From positions 276,142,426 to 276,206,425 of the forward strand of contig NC_058135.1 of assembly GCF_016433145.1 (NCBI RefSeq): a stretch of 64,000 nucleotides of DNA. Direction: 5' to 3'. This document shows positions 23,960 to 37,495 of the stretch, piece by piece. The notes below the pieces were generated by a model that had not been told where the DNA came from, ran no database searches, and was given only the letters and a program-made list of their open reading frames with translations. Every line of letters starts with the position of its first letter. Position 1 is the first letter of the stretch. Both the position numbers and the translations under genes were made by a program. This stretch comes from Gracilinanus agilis (lineage: Eukaryota).

Positions 23960-26900
23960 CCCCTTTATTCCATAAAAATTGACAGTCTCTGTCTAATTTT
24001 CAAGTTCTGTTCAGCAGAAGAGTCCTGTCTTGCTATTGGTTATTTACTCCTATCATTTAGAGGCACTTTTCAAAGATTGTTTTGGAAGGATTCTCAGAGT
24101 GGTTTCCACTTTTGCTGTTACTCAATCACCATCTTGGCTCCACCATTCCTAGAGGGGATTAAAACAAATATGACAATAATTCTCTGTTGGTGGATCTCAT
24201 ATTTTTGTTTTTATTGTTGTAATTTCTATTTTGTTTTGTTCTTTTAAGTAATTGTGGAAATGAAAATGTTTTGCATAAAATTATTTATAATTTACATCAC
24301 ATTACTTGCCTTCTTCCTGGGTGGGTCAGAGGTAAGAAGTAGAGAAATAATTCTGAATTATTTTAATGAATTTCATTAATAAAAAAAGGAAAATTAGATA
24401 CCATGACAATATTTCTAATAGCATAGGGCTGGCTATTTCATGTCTCTCTTGTCCTCATGCTTAATGAGTTATTCTTTCTCCCTATCACTTTAAATTCCAA
24501 TATAAAATTTTCTGTTTGGCATTTCTGTATCTTTATTATCATGTCCCTTAGTACTTGACCTTCCTTTTATACATTACACCCTTCCATCTAGTGTATGATC
24601 TATTTATACCAGAGTACATGCTATTTCTTGAAAATATCATTCCATGTTCCATTTCTGTCTTATATTTTATTTTCCCTGTGTAAAGAATGCTCTGCTCTCC
24701 TCTGTCTATTCGTTTTACTGTCTTCCTTAACAACTGTTTTCAAATCTTATTTATATATGAGGCTTTCCACATATTTTTCTTTGAATCAATCACAATTGTA
24801 ACTAGAAAACAATTTTATGGATTTCCCTTTGTTCGTATAACTGTTTTTGAAATTTTCTAGGTTAATTAAACCTTTCTTGGCTACTATTTCTTCACATATA
24901 TTATCTCCCCTATTATAAAATAAGTTCTTTAAGGCAGGGGCTCTCTTACTTTTGTACTTATATTCCCTTTATTAAATGCAATTCTTGCAACATAGTAAGC
25001 ATTTTTTTCTTTCTTAATATTTTAGAGAATGATAACATGCCATTATTTCATAGGAAATCACTGAATAATATCAGATTCCCAAAGTGTGTATCTCTATGAG
25101 AACTCTAGGAAAATAATATTTTGGTAACAAATATTTAATTAATTATGGATCTTATACATATTCTTATGGAAATAATAGTAGTTCTAAACAGAGTTCGTAA
25201 TTTCTGAGTGTTTGGGATGAAGAAATAAATCATCATGGTAAATTATGGAGCAAAGGCTAAGAAAGAGCACATAGTTTGTCTCATATTATGTATGTAGTAA
25301 ATGACAGAATAAAAACTGGAAAATAAGATCTCTAGATTAATTTTTTTCCTTAACAGTTCTCTCTGCTCTATGAGCCCTATAAGAAATTATAAAGAATGTG
25401 ATTTATATAGCATTTTAATTTGAACAATAATTTGCATTAGGAAGTAATTCATGTGCAAAAAATGAGAACTTTAGGCATTAGCTATAAGATTTTAAGATGC
25501 ATAAATAGAAATATAATTGAACTACTTAGAATATTTTATCAAAATGATTATTGGAAAATATGAACCTCTAGGATTTCTTATAAATTAATTGTCATTTTAA
25601 GCATTGACATAGTTAATACATTATATCACATGTGTACCTGTGGTCATAATGACTTTTTGACCCCATGAATGTCACTTGGTACCTCACTGTTCTATATAAT
25701 TCCTTAAAATTATCTGATTATACATTTCAGAATACATTAACTTGCATTGGTAGAATTACTTATTGATCTTAGCCCACAGTCCTTAGCCCCCTAGATTCTT
25801 TACTTTATTGACATCCTAATCATTCTATGAATTAGGCAATGTAAACATGCCTCTCCTGTACAAATGGAGGAACTAAAATTTTAAATTACTTTTCCATCGG
25901 TACATAGTTATGAAGGGATGGAATTGGGATTTCAAACAAGATTTTTCTGTCTGCAGGTCAGTCATATTGTCCCTTGTTCCACTCTGTCTCTGTATTCACA
26001 TACATTTGCTTTGGTACTGAACTAAGTAATGAAGAGTTGAAATACAGAATAATGAAGCTATAGATTTAGATTTTTCAGTATGTCAAGAGTTTCTAAAAGA
26101 GGTGAGGTGTTTATAGCAATCAATACCATCCTTGACAACTTTAGCTTTGTTATTTTAAGCCATTCATATACTTAGTGCTGGAAGAGATCATAAAGATTAT
26201 CTAGTGAAATTATGCTCATTTTGTAGATGAGGAATTTGAAACTCTGAGAAAGCGAAAGTCATATGACCAAAGTCATAGAGATACACAATGATAGTATTTG
26301 GATTAGAACCCAAGTCTCCCAACTCCCAGTGGAGTGCATTTCGCCTAAATCATATAATGAAACTGAATAGCAGTGAATCTTTTCTTAATATACTGTATAC
26401 ATATTTTTCACTTGAATGAATATGTGTTTAAATTAGGAAATAACATGGTAGGTTTATTTTTGTGTAGTTTCCTTATGATAATTATATAGTTCTAGCAAAC
26501 TGAAGCAGCTGATTGCTCAGTTTCTACTTGGACTCAGGAAGAACTCAGCTATTATTTGGTCTCATACTTATTGCCTGTATAATCTTTGGCAAGTTACTTA
26601 ACCTTTATTTTTTCCCTCAGTTATCTCAAATGCAAATATGTGGAAAATAAAGGAAAACAATGCAAACCCCCCCCCAAATCTCACAGGTATTTTGTGAAGA
26701 TAACGTAAGATAATTTCTGTAAAAATGCTTAGAGATATGCATGACACAAAATAGGTGCTACATAAATGATTATTCCCTTTATCTTCAATAAATTAAGCTC
26801 TTTTTCAAATGATTGCATTGCTCATAGGAGATATTATAGAAAATATTCATTGTTAGAGTATGTTACATATAAAATCTATTCCAACTTTATGAAGCTAAAA

Positions 26901-26999
26901 TTGAGCTCAAATTTGATTAAAGATTTTTTTTTATTTTAGTGAACTGCAAGATCAATACTAAATAATATTGTGATATTAAAACCATTAAAAAAAACTACT

Positions 27000-27270
27000 T
27001 TGAGAGTAGGTGCTCCATTTAGAAAATCATGGAGATTCAAACTAGGTAGATGTTGGTTCCATTCTTCTATCCATGACAAGAGAAGAGTATTCCATTTTAG
27101 TTGCCAATGTATAGGAGGGAAATTAATTGCAAGGTGGAGGTCATTCATAGGAGAGTGACCAGGAATGTGAGGGACTCAAAGTCATTCGATATGTGGATAA
27201 ACTGAAGAAACTGGATATTTGAAGGAGAGATGACATTGAGGCATGAGAATTATCTTATACATTTTAGACT
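27000..27270 (+). mobile_element. L3/CR1 fragment
   Basis: ggagagtgaccaggaatgtgagggactc...aaactgaagaaactgg resembles the CR1 3' region. Confidence 0.45.
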
Positions 27271-28056
27271 AGGTGCCAGGTTTGAGTCATTTTACTTGTA
27301 ATGTCTTGATGAAAGTAGTAAGTTCCCACACAGTAAAAGCTCCAGGTAAGTCTGGGTAACAAAATGAATGTCAGACATACAAAACAGAATATCTTTATAT
27401 GGGCACATATTGCAACAAATGATTTCTAAATTTCCTTTCATTTGTGACTCTCTGCCTCTGTCTTTCTGTCTTGCTCTAAGAGTCAGGATTGTGTAGCAAT
27501 TGTATCCCAAGGCATGGGAGATAGTATATGCCAAAATTTTGAATCAGAAAATGGAATGTGAGGTTCAGTGTAAGACTGCCAAACATGAATATGATTAAAT
27601 GAGAATGGCAGGGGAGGGAAATAAAGAATGTAAGACAGTATATTTCACAGTTAGGTTTCAATTCATATTCACTGAATTAAATTCGAGTAAGGGGATGAAA
27701 TAGACTCATATCTCTGTCTCTCCACATCTTTGTCTTTGGTCTTTGTCTCTGTCTCTCTATATCTCTCTGTCTTTCTCTGTTTCTGTCTCTCTCTCAATCT
27801 ATCTTCCCCTTTGGGATTACACTCAAAATATATCTAAGGAGGAAAATGTCATTCATCAGACAAACCCTCTCTTTTAAAGAAAATAATTAAGCAAAACATT
27901 TTATAGGAGTAAAATGGCCAGATATGAGAACTTCTAAATTAAACATGTGTATTTGTGCCTCCCTACTGCAAAGGGAGCTGTCATTTTCTCTTGTGGAGAA
28001 AAAGAAATTCAATTAACAACTCTTCAAAGAATAGAAAGTTCTATCTTCATTTCTAC

Positions 28057-28177
28057 TCCCTGAAGACTCCAAAAGATACTTTAATGACCTAGTCTGAAGA
28101 TCAGAATTAAGTGACCTGAGATTCAAAGCTAGGAGCCAGGGATGATGTCCCTGAATAATAACGAATGAAATTATAAA
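28057..28177 (+). promoter_or_regulatory. Predicted promoter of the OR5J gene at 36363
   Basis: EBF-like TCCCTGAAGA (28057-28066), TAATGA (28082-28087), shared motif CCAGGGATGATGTCCC (28136-28151), TATAAA (28172-28177), perfect donor AAG|GTAAGT at 28246. Confidence 0.6.
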
Positions 28178-28589
28178 AATACTTTACATAAGCTTAAAAA
28201 AGCATGAAGTTATACTTAACCTGGATACTGGCTGGCCTAAATAAGGTAAGTATTACTTGATAATCATATTATAGGTATTTTGATCAAGATTCACAATGTT
28301 CATGTACCTTCTCTAAGAGTATCCACCCAATAATATTTTTATACTGCACTTCTCAAAAACTCTGAACTGCAAATCAAAATTTAATGGATATTTCAGGGTT
28401 TTTTAAAAATTGATTCAAATTGGAAGTATTAAGTGTATTTATTGTTTATGTTTTTCCTAATAATAAGACTTGGTGATTGAATCAATAGTATCATTGCCTC
28501 AAATCCCTACTTCACTTTTGAATTCATTCTTTGAGCACTGGTTCCTATGATTCTATGATAGCATCCCCTTAATCAATTAAAAAAAAAAC

Positions 28590-28760
28590 TTTCCCTCCCA
28601 TCCTAGAATCAATACTTTGTATTGTTTCTAAGGAAGAAGAGCAATAAGGGCTAGACCTTCAGGGAAGGTCACATAGATAGGAAATAACTGAGGCCAGATT
28701 TGCTCAGGACCACCCATCTCTAGGCTTAGCTCTCAATGCACTGAGTCAACTAGCTGTCTT
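28590..28760 (-). mobile_element. Didelphid SINE, degraded
   Basis: tagaatcaatactttgtattg...gaggccagattt...gagtcaactagctg. Confidence 0.65.
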
Positions 28761-29639
28761 CCACTACTTAATCAAGTTAAATTTAGTGAATTAATTAAGA
28801 CCTAATTGTGAGATACACTAACTTATATTGTTTATTCCCCTACCTTGCTATCCCTGCTTATTTATATTCATCTTTGAGAATCTTGCCCTGAACTTCATAT
28901 TCCATTTCATGACTTCAAATATTTGCACATACCATCTCCCAGACCTAGTGTGCACTGATTAGACAGTTCTGCCATTTTGAAACATTTTCCATGCTCAAGT
29001 CAGATTCTGATTTGCCATTTCCTACAGACCTTTCTGATGTCTCAGACCTCTGTACTCTTCTTCCTGAATTTTACCTCCTATTAACATAATTGTATGTATT
29101 CTGTATTTCCCTGGTAGAATTTATGTCCCTTGAAGCCAAGTACTGTTGAATTTCCTTATTTTCCCAGCACTTAGTATATAACAATGACAATGATCAGCAT
29201 TTAATAAAAGTTTACAAAATTAAAATTATTTTAATTTTGATGGCTGAATAAACTGAATTAGGTGGAATAAAACTAAGAGCCAAAAAGATTCATTATATGG
29301 TTTCATTCAGGAAAATGATATTCAAAAATTCAAGGATTCAAGATTTTATCATTGTGGCCACACTCTCTATTCATCAAGTCTTCTTTAGCATCCAGTCTCC
29401 TTTTCATATAACTTTTGGTCAAACAAAAATAAACAGAAATAAAAGAAAAAAATTAAAAATCCATTACAGTGATATCTTTATTTAATAGTCAGAAGAGCTA
29501 TGTATTTTAAAATAAAACATTATTTTTCTCAAAGTAATTAACGTTTTGAAGATGTCAGATAAAAATATAAGCAAAAAAAAGAAAAAAATTACACAGGACT
29601 GATTTTAACAAAGTGGTATAGTTAAACTTAATTGTCATT

Positions 29640-29960
29640 GTGTTTCTCAATATGTCCATTTCATCTATCTATCTATCTCTCCATGTGTCTGTTTGTCTCT
29701 GTCTGGCTGTTACACTCTGTCTCACTCTCAGTCTGTCTGTCTTTGCCTCTTTCTATTTTTTCTGTTTTCTTCCTTCTTTTCCTCATCCATCAATTTCTCT
29801 CTCCCTTCATCCCTTTCTCTCTCTCTCTTGCTATCTGTCTTCCTGTCTCTCTCTTGTCTTTCAATCTCTATGACTTTTTCTTTCTGAATCTGTCACTCTT
29901 TATATATATTAGAGATTGTGAGATATATATCTCACAGTCTCTATTCCTCTGTCTCTTGAC
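29640..29960. repeat. CT-rich low-complexity tract
   Basis: Direct; explains the spurious Leu/Ser/Phe-rich ORFs here. Confidence 0.8.
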
Positions 29961-30733
29961 TCTAACTTTTTGTACAGGGATAACAGTGAGTCAGACTCAC
30001 TTTTTTTTCTTTCCTCAATGAGCCTATCATACTTATATTTAATTGTCACAACTTACATTAAGGTACAGGCACAGATGATATTTTTGTAGATATGACAGCA
30101 CCCTGAAACAAAAACTGCACCCAAACTCTAGAAGCAAAATAAAAACAGTTAAGATCCATGCACATAATCTTCCTCCCAGCATCAGTTTGGGAGAATCCCT
30201 TGATAAGAACACAGCATTTTTGTACCCTTTCCTTAAGTTTCATTTGTAGAAATAAAACTATTTTGTCTTCTCAATAGAAGGTAGGTTCATGGAATATTTT
30301 GTTTTCATTTTTTTCTTTTTTTGGTCTCATCTTAGTGATTTACAAATAGTCAGGTTTTAATTAAAATGTATTAAATTATAGAAAATTAATTCAGCCATCA
30401 AACTTTATAAATGAGTGTACTGACCATTCCCAGGAAGGTACAATAAATTATCTGATTTTACACACTAGATCAGATATAGAGATTGGGTTAGAACTGCACA
30501 TCTTTTTACTTTAAGATGGATTCTTTTCCCTCTCCATTTATTTTTTCCACTCAGCAATGATGAGCAAAATCACTTTGCCCAGAAGACTAGACTCTAAACT
30601 ATAGTTTATTTGATTTGGGCATGCATTAACTGAGGTACAATTTGTACATTTTGGATTTAATGAGATTTCTAAAAAAAGAGTCTATAATAAATATCATTAC
30701 TGGCCTTTCTACTAAGGTAGACCATAGACTTTT

Positions 30734-30935
30734 TTTGTTTTTGTTTTTGTTTTTCTTTTTAACCCCTTAACTTCTGTGTATTGGCTCCTAGGTGGAAGAG
30801 TGGTAAGGGTGAGCAATGGGGGTCAAGTGACTTACCTAGGGCCACACAGCTAGGAAGTGTCTGAGGCCAGATTTGAACCTAGGACCTCCTGTCTCTAGGC
30901 CTGACTCTCAATCCACTGAGCTACCCAGATGCCCC
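30734..30935 (-). mobile_element. Didelphid SINE (copy A of tandem pair)
   Basis: Full length with T-rich tail; flanked by gaccatagactttt at 30720 and 30937. Confidence 0.9.
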
Positions 30936-30950
30936 TGACCATAGACTTTT

Positions 30951-31139
30951 TTTTTTTAATTTTAAACCCTTAACTTCTGTGTATTGACTTATAGGTGGAA
31001 GATTGGTAAGGGCAGGCAATGGGGATCAAGTGACTTGCCCAGGGTCACACAGCTGGGAATTGGCTGAGGCCGGGTTTGAACCTAGGACCTCCTGTATCTA
31101 GGCCTGACTCTCACTCCACTGAGCTACCCAGCTGCCCCA
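30951..31139 (-). mobile_element. Didelphid SINE (copy B of tandem pair)
   Basis: Full length; flanked by tgaccatagactttt at 30936 and 31140; diagnostic bases shared with the SINE at 35081. Confidence 0.9.
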
Positions 31140-34100
31140 TGACCATAGACTTTTAATAGAGTTTTATAAGTTTTTTTTTTTGTGTTTGTGAGAAAAAATC
31201 ACATAATAATCAGCGTATGATTTTAGTTTATTCAATACAATGGAGATTTTAAAAAGAAGATAATTTCAAATAAGGCATGCATATCTTTGCTGCTTATTTA
31301 TTCAATCATTTCCAATTCTTGTGATCCCACTTTCTTGGCAAGGAAACTGGAGTTGTCTGTCATTTCCTTCTCCAGGTCATTTTGAAGATGAGGAAACTGA
31401 AGAAAACAGAGTTAAGTGACTTTCTCAGTGTCACATACCTAGTAAGTGTCTAAGCTCAGATTTGAACTAAGATCTTAACTTTAGGCCTAGCACTCTCCTC
31501 ATTTTCCACTTAATTGCACTATTCTATACCTATACTGGTCTGATTTCTGAGGATAACTAAATGGAGATTTGAGGGAAGTTGTCCTTTTTGTTTGGGTATG
31601 TCTAAATAAGTACAAAGGGTCTTGCTTTTCTATTTATATATAGAATATTTAGAAGAGTGATTTTAACAAACTAATCATTTTGAATTTTATTTTTCTTCAT
31701 TCATTCCAAATATGGGCCATCTTTTCACATTTTCAGCATCAGAATAGACAGAGTTCTCAAGTTTATATTTGGAAATAAATATATTTTTAATTGCTTTTTT
31801 CATCTGTGGAATTTTGAATACTGCATTACATGTGTTTAAAGGAATGTGTGGGCTAGTTAGGAATTCATTTTATAATACAAGAATGTGAGCTTTTAAATAT
31901 TCTATATTTTATTCACAGTCTAGTGTAGCATTGAGGATTGGACATAAAGTAACATAAGACTTGGTTTTAAATATTGACTTGGCTCTTAAAATATGTTTGT
32001 GGTCTTTGAATTTAAAATATTTTTATAATTGAACTTTAATACAGTTAATTTCCTTCATCTTTGGGTATATACATATATATGTTTATACATAAAATTTATC
32101 CTTTTAATTAGACTAACTTGTATACATATTTAATTTGAATAATTTTATACTGAGAAGTTCATGGGCATCATTAGTCTGCCAAAGCAATTCATCTCTTGGT
32201 TTATCTGTGTCTATTTGCCTGCCTCTCTCATACCCCCACACATATATACTAATAAAAAGTTAAGAAACCTGGATTAAGAAGGAAATATGACTGATAGAGA
32301 TGTGGGTGGAAGTAGACATGTTTAATTTTTTTTTAATTTTATTCTGCTTATATCTAAAATTAGAGCCAAATGGAACCAACTGAAAATAAAATAGTGATAG
32401 TTTTGGTCATTATCTTGTGGATTTCTTTTATACCCCAAACATGCTGTTAGCTAAGGTTCTTTCCAAAATTTCTTAGCACACTTACATGTAGTAAGGAGAT
32501 AATAAGTATTCAGCTGACCATGATGAAATATAGTTTCTGATAAAGTCTGCATCAATATTTTTCATTGTTCAGGAGAAAGATTATTATTTTGAGAGTTTGG
32601 GGAAGGGTTTTTTTAAGCTACTTTGTTAAGAGTCAAATTTCTAAGAACAGTGATGAGATTTGTGACTTAATGACTGAAACTTCATCTACATATTTGAAGA
32701 TGATGGAGATATTTTGTTTAAAATATTTTACTGAATGCATATCCATGAAGAAAGAGAAGGGAAGGATTTTTCCAAATGAAAATTATATGATTTGAAGTAT
32801 CTATCGACAGTAGGCTATTTTCTGTGAGGGGGAATTTACTCATAAAAAGATAATATATATGAATTAATGCAAGAATTCTAGGCTAATATGACAATCACAG
32901 ATATCAGTTCTAACTGTTAGAATATTACATTGCCTAAAATAAAATAATAGTCACTAAACCTACAGTGTTGGTATATATAGAATGATTCATTATTGCAGAT
33001 GGAAAACATGGAAAGATTGAAATTAAATTAAATACATCATAATTTGTTGAAAATGTTCATTCTTAGCTCAATGATCACGATTATAAATAAGGATTAGATG
33101 CATTTTATCCATCATTTGTTGAGGCCAAAATTTATCATTTTAATTAGACTAACTTGTTTTCTATTATCGTTCAGAATTTTTCTTATATATCAGTTCATAA
33201 TATATAGTGATATTCCATATCAATCATTTTCATCTACTATCATTGTATTAACTGCATTTTTACTCATTACCCTGTTGATGTTATTTCTAATTCAAATGAT
33301 CTAGAAATAAACTATCTCAAAACTTAAAATGTTAATCACAAACTCAACAATGTAATTATAAATTTTTATCTCTATCTCGGACCTACTTTTGGGGAAAAAA
33401 GTGATCTCTGGGCAAGAGATTATTTCTTTTTAATTACTTTTAATTAGAATAATTGAAAATTATTTTCCAGAATGATTAAAATGTGTAATTTTCCCTCTAA
33501 GTTATCACTATGTCAACGTTCTCATAATTATTCCAATGCTTGCATTTTTGTGTGAAATCTGAATTTACTTTTTGGTTTTGCTAATTTTATTATGGATTAT
33601 TTGGAGCTATTTATTAAATGGTTATTAACATTCATCATTTCTTTTAAGAATTAATTTGTGATATCTTTTCATCACTTTTATGTGGGGTGAAAGGTTGGTA
33701 GTATTTTGAAGCTGTAATAATTCCTAATGGAACTTGGATATAGAAATCATATCAGAAATGTTTGATGAAATTTTCTAATTGAATGATTTCTTATTCTAGG
33801 TTCTTTCATCTTGTCTGCAATTTAAAAAAATATTGTATTTTTAGGTCAAAAGGAAATATTTTTATTTCTTCTGTTGTCACTTTGATTAGAATTTTAATAT
33901 TACCACAAAATCTCATTGCTTTCTCCCAAAAAACTTATAAAATAGTGCTATTACAACCACCATTTTACTGATGAGGAAATTGAGGCTGATGATAGGCAGA
34001 AATAGTTTGCCCAGCATCACATATATATAAATTGATTGAGGACAAATTTGAACTTAAATATTCCTGATTGTTGGTCTACTACCCAAACAACCTTGTTGAC

Positions 34101-35080
34101 TAGTTTTTTTTTTCAAAATGGAAAGAAAATATTTAAAACAGTTAATACTTTTGTAATATCATCCTTAAAATATCATTTGGAATTGAAAAATGGACTATGT
34201 AAACTGAAAATTATCCAAATAAAATTCTATGAAGATTAAGTAATTAGAGTTCCCATTAATTTTACATACTCCACTCTGCTGATTGACCTTTCTATAAGGT
34301 CACTGAAAAAAGACTAATCCTACCTGATCAAAAAAAATATCAAATTTAATATAATCACTTAAAGCACATTACAATTTAAAAATCTACAGGAATATTTTAA
34401 ATAAAAACATCCATTTCACTGATCAATAAAAAGTCAAATTATAGGTAAAATTTCTTGCATGTAACATTTTATTTTGGATAAAGAATGTATAAGAACTAAT
34501 TAAAGGAAAAGAATAATAGTTGTGTTTTTTTTAAGCCTACCTTGGGCAAATCTACATTATCATGACAATTGAATTTCAAATTAATAGTCAATGCATTGTA
34601 AGAAATAAAAAAATCTCTGGATCATCATTCTGAGCTGAAAACTGACTCTATGCATGGATAAATAGTGGTCTCATCACACCCAGCCTGTGATGAAAAGTCC
34701 TTTTGTGTATGTTCATAGTTGTTTTTATAGGTTTTTGAGAGTCGATACATATCATTGATTAATAACCCCCCCCACTCAAAGAATGTTAGCAAATAGATGC
34801 TAAATTCTAGCATAAGGCCTAAACATTTTATTGATCTTAAAACTGATACCATCAGACAAAAGCTTTTGTCTTTCTTAGATATTGAATCTAAGGACTCTGT
34901 TATCAGCATTAATTCTTTGAAAATCAAATACTATTCCTACTTTTACAACTGACTATAATTGCTTCTGTTATCTTTATACAGAATTAGGATTTAGTCAAGC
35001 TCTTTACTTCACATTCCAAGATTAATAGCAAGAGCTCTTAAACTAATTCTTCTTCTACCTATCATTGCTTATACACATTT

Positions 35081-35261
35081 TTTTTTTACCCTTGTACTTC
35101 GGTGTATTGTCTCATAGGTGGAAGATTGGTAAGGGTGGGCAATGGGGGTCAAGTGACTTGCCCAGGGTCACACAGCTGGGAAGTGGCTGAGGCCGGGTTT
35201 AAACCTAGGACCTCCTGTCTCTAGGCCTGACTCTCACTCCACTGAGCTACCCAGCTGCCCC
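35081..35261 (-). mobile_element. Young didelphid SINE
   Basis: Perfect 14-bp TSD gcttatacacattt (35067-35080, 35262-35275) ending at an L1-endonuclease TTT/AA site; retains CpG. Confidence 0.92.
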
Positions 35262-36362
35262 GCTTATACACATTTAATTAGCAACTGGGACTACACTTTC
35301 TAACATCCTAGTTACAGATATAACCTAAAAGTTTACATGAGATGACTTGAATTTGCAAAAAAAGGTTATAAAAGTAATAAATACAATTTAATCTTTTCAT
35401 TATACAGATTTATTTGTTGTTGAAATGAAATGGTTAATGTTGGCAATTTAGAGACATGCCATTACCACTAAAAATCACAAGTATTATCACTAAAGGCATT
35501 TAAATTAGTGATGAATGAAAAAATTTAGGCACATGGCAGAAACACTACAACACATTACCTCACGTTATAAAAATTAAGTATCTGCTAAATACTTATCAAG
35601 AAATAATCTGATGGAATTTCCCCACATACACACAATCTATCTTCCATGGATCAACAGATCGGACTAATAATTAATCTCAATATGAATCCCAATAATAATT
35701 TCAAAATGTCATGAAGATATTTACTTAATAAATTCTACTAAAATTCTGCAATTATCAAAGACTGAAATGTAAATAATTGCCAAATTATAACATCAGTTAC
35801 AAAAAAATTACAGATTAATATTTATACCAGATGTGATTTTGACAAACACTTATAATCTTCCAACTTTTTAGATGAAAAGTTTTACAAATGTAGCAAGGGA
35901 GAGCAAACTTATATGGGAACAAGATCAAGAAAATATAATTACTATTATCCTGTTTACTATTGAAGGTATTTTGCAAATGTTTTTGAAGGGCTTAAAGGGA
36001 ATGTATTTATTTTAATAGCTTTTATATATAATTAGCAAATTATCCTAAGAATATTCTAGTACTTGATAGAACATTAAATAAAATGATATCACATCTTGAC
36101 TTTTTAGCTAAGGTCAAGCTTATGAATGTTAATTATACTACCACCCACAATAGGATAATTTCTGTGTGAAACTAATTTTAAAGTATGAAAATCATAACAA
36201 TTATAATAACAAATTACAAGTTATTATTTCTCTTTTATAGGATGATCTGCACTAATATCTCCTGCTGTCAAAATCATATCCCAGAAAAAAAAAACAGTAC
36301 TATTTATTCCTGAATGACATTTAGTTAGGTACAGAGAGGATCAGTAACACTGAAATCTTGAC

Positions 36363-37304
36363 ATGGCAGTATGGAATCACACTGGATTTGTGAAAGAATT
36401 CCTTCTTGTAGGACTGACTGATATCCCAGAATTGCAGATCCCTCTTTTTTTGCTCTTCTTTGTCATTTATATGGTTACTCTTGTAGGGAATTGGGGTATG
36501 ATCATAATTATCTGGATGAATATTCAACTTCATACCCCTATGTACTTCTTCCTCAGCAACCTCTCCTTATGTGACATTTGTTACTCTACTGTCTTTGCTC
36601 CCAAGATGTTAGTCAATTTTTTAGTAGAGAACAAAGCAAGTTCATTTGCTAGTTGTGTTTTACAAAGTTTCTTTTTTGCCGTGTATGTTACCACTGAGGG
36701 TATCCTGTTGTCTATGATGGCATATGATCGCTATGTGGCCATTGCCAATCCATTGCTTTATACCGTTGTTATGACTCAGAGAGTCTGCATTTTAATGGTT
36801 CTTGGCTCCTACTTAGGAGGTTTAATTAACTCATTGACCCACACAATTGGTTTGCTCAGGTTGAATTTCTGTGGCCCCAATGTTGTAAATCATTACTTCT
36901 GTGACATCCCCCCACTCTTGAAGCTCTCTTGTTCTGATGCACACACCAATGAGATGTTACTTTTAATTTTCTCTGGAGTGATTGCAATGTTTACCTTCAT
37001 AATCATAATGGTGTCCTACATCCATATCATCATTGCTATCCTGAGAATCAAATCAGCCGAAGGAAGACGCAAAGCATTCTCTACCTGTGCATCCCACTTG
37101 ACAGCTGTGACCTTGTTCTATGGCTCTGTGACCTTCAGTTACATACAACCAAGTTCTCAGTATTCCATGGAGCAAGAGAAAGTTTCTGCTGTGTTTTATA
37201 CACTCATAATCCCTATGCTAAACCCTCTAATCTATAGCCTGAGAAACAAGGAGGTGAAGGATGCAGCAAAGAGATCGATCATTTGGAAACATTCCCATAA
37301 TTGA
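36363..37304 (+). CDS. Olfactory receptor, family 5, OR5J subfamily (probably OR5J1-type; 313 aa)
   Basis: Intact ORF: NHT glycosylation site, [49 protein letters not shown]. Shares OR5J hallmarks with the two downstream genes (TTEG in TM3, [14 protein letters not shown]). Confidence 0.93.
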   Translation: MAVWNHTGFVKEFLLVGLTDIPELQIPLFLLFFVIYMVTLVGNWGMIIIIWMNIQLHTPMYFFLSNLSLCDICYSTVFAPKMLVNFLVENKASSFASCVLQSFFFAVYVTTEGILLSMMAYDRYVAIANPLLYTVVMTQRVCILMVLGSYLGGLINSLTHTIGLLRLNFCGPNVVNHYFCDIPPLLKLSCSDAHTNEMLLLIFSGVIAMFTFIIIMVSYIHIIIAILRIKSAEGRRKAFSTCASHLTAVTLFYGSVTFSYIQPSSQYSMEQEKVSAVFYTLIIPMLNPLIYSLRNKEVKDAAKRSIIWKHSHN

Positions 37305-37495
37305 TTTAGTTCTGAAATTTATTGACAAAGTAATAATAATGCTGTGGAAAGGTAAAGAAAGATCTTTCTTTTAGGTTCATGTCAGTGATATTATCAGTTT
37401 GAATGTCAAACTGATCTACTCTTATGAATCTCCATGGGAAGAACAAAGAAATAAGAATTAATTAAACATTTTTTGTGTGTTTCAGTTACTATGCA

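Larger units (their letters stand above)
21690..24390 (+). mobile_element. Old L1 ORF2 to 3'UTR, interrupted by SINEs, (TC)n and an antisense L1 5'UTR piece (~23960-24150)
   Basis: Degenerate RT region near 21800-22300, YPKEIKE near 23870, 3'UTR-like end near 24380. Confidence 0.7.
28246..36240 (+). other. Predicted 5'UTR intron of the OR5J gene at 36363
   Basis: Donor AAG|GTAAGTAT 74 bp after the TATA box; acceptor tttctcttttatAG ending at 36240, 122 nt before the ATG. Internal exons cannot be excluded. Confidence 0.5.

Noticed and set aside
20630-24390. Apparent circular permutation of an L1 (3' piece upstream of the middle piece)
   Set aside because: The middle piece has its own 3'UTR remnant at ~24150-24390, so these are separate elements.
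27341-27351. Perfect donor CAG|GTAAGT 0.8 kb upstream of the predicted OR5J promoter
   Set aside because: No supporting promoter motif or acceptor found; could be an alternative exon but is unsupported.
29632-30021. 129-aa ORF and the other short ORFs in the track (e.g. 13416-13736, 39400-39723, 55450-55800)
   Set aside because: Low-complexity, microsatellite or antisense-repeat translations with no recognisable domain.
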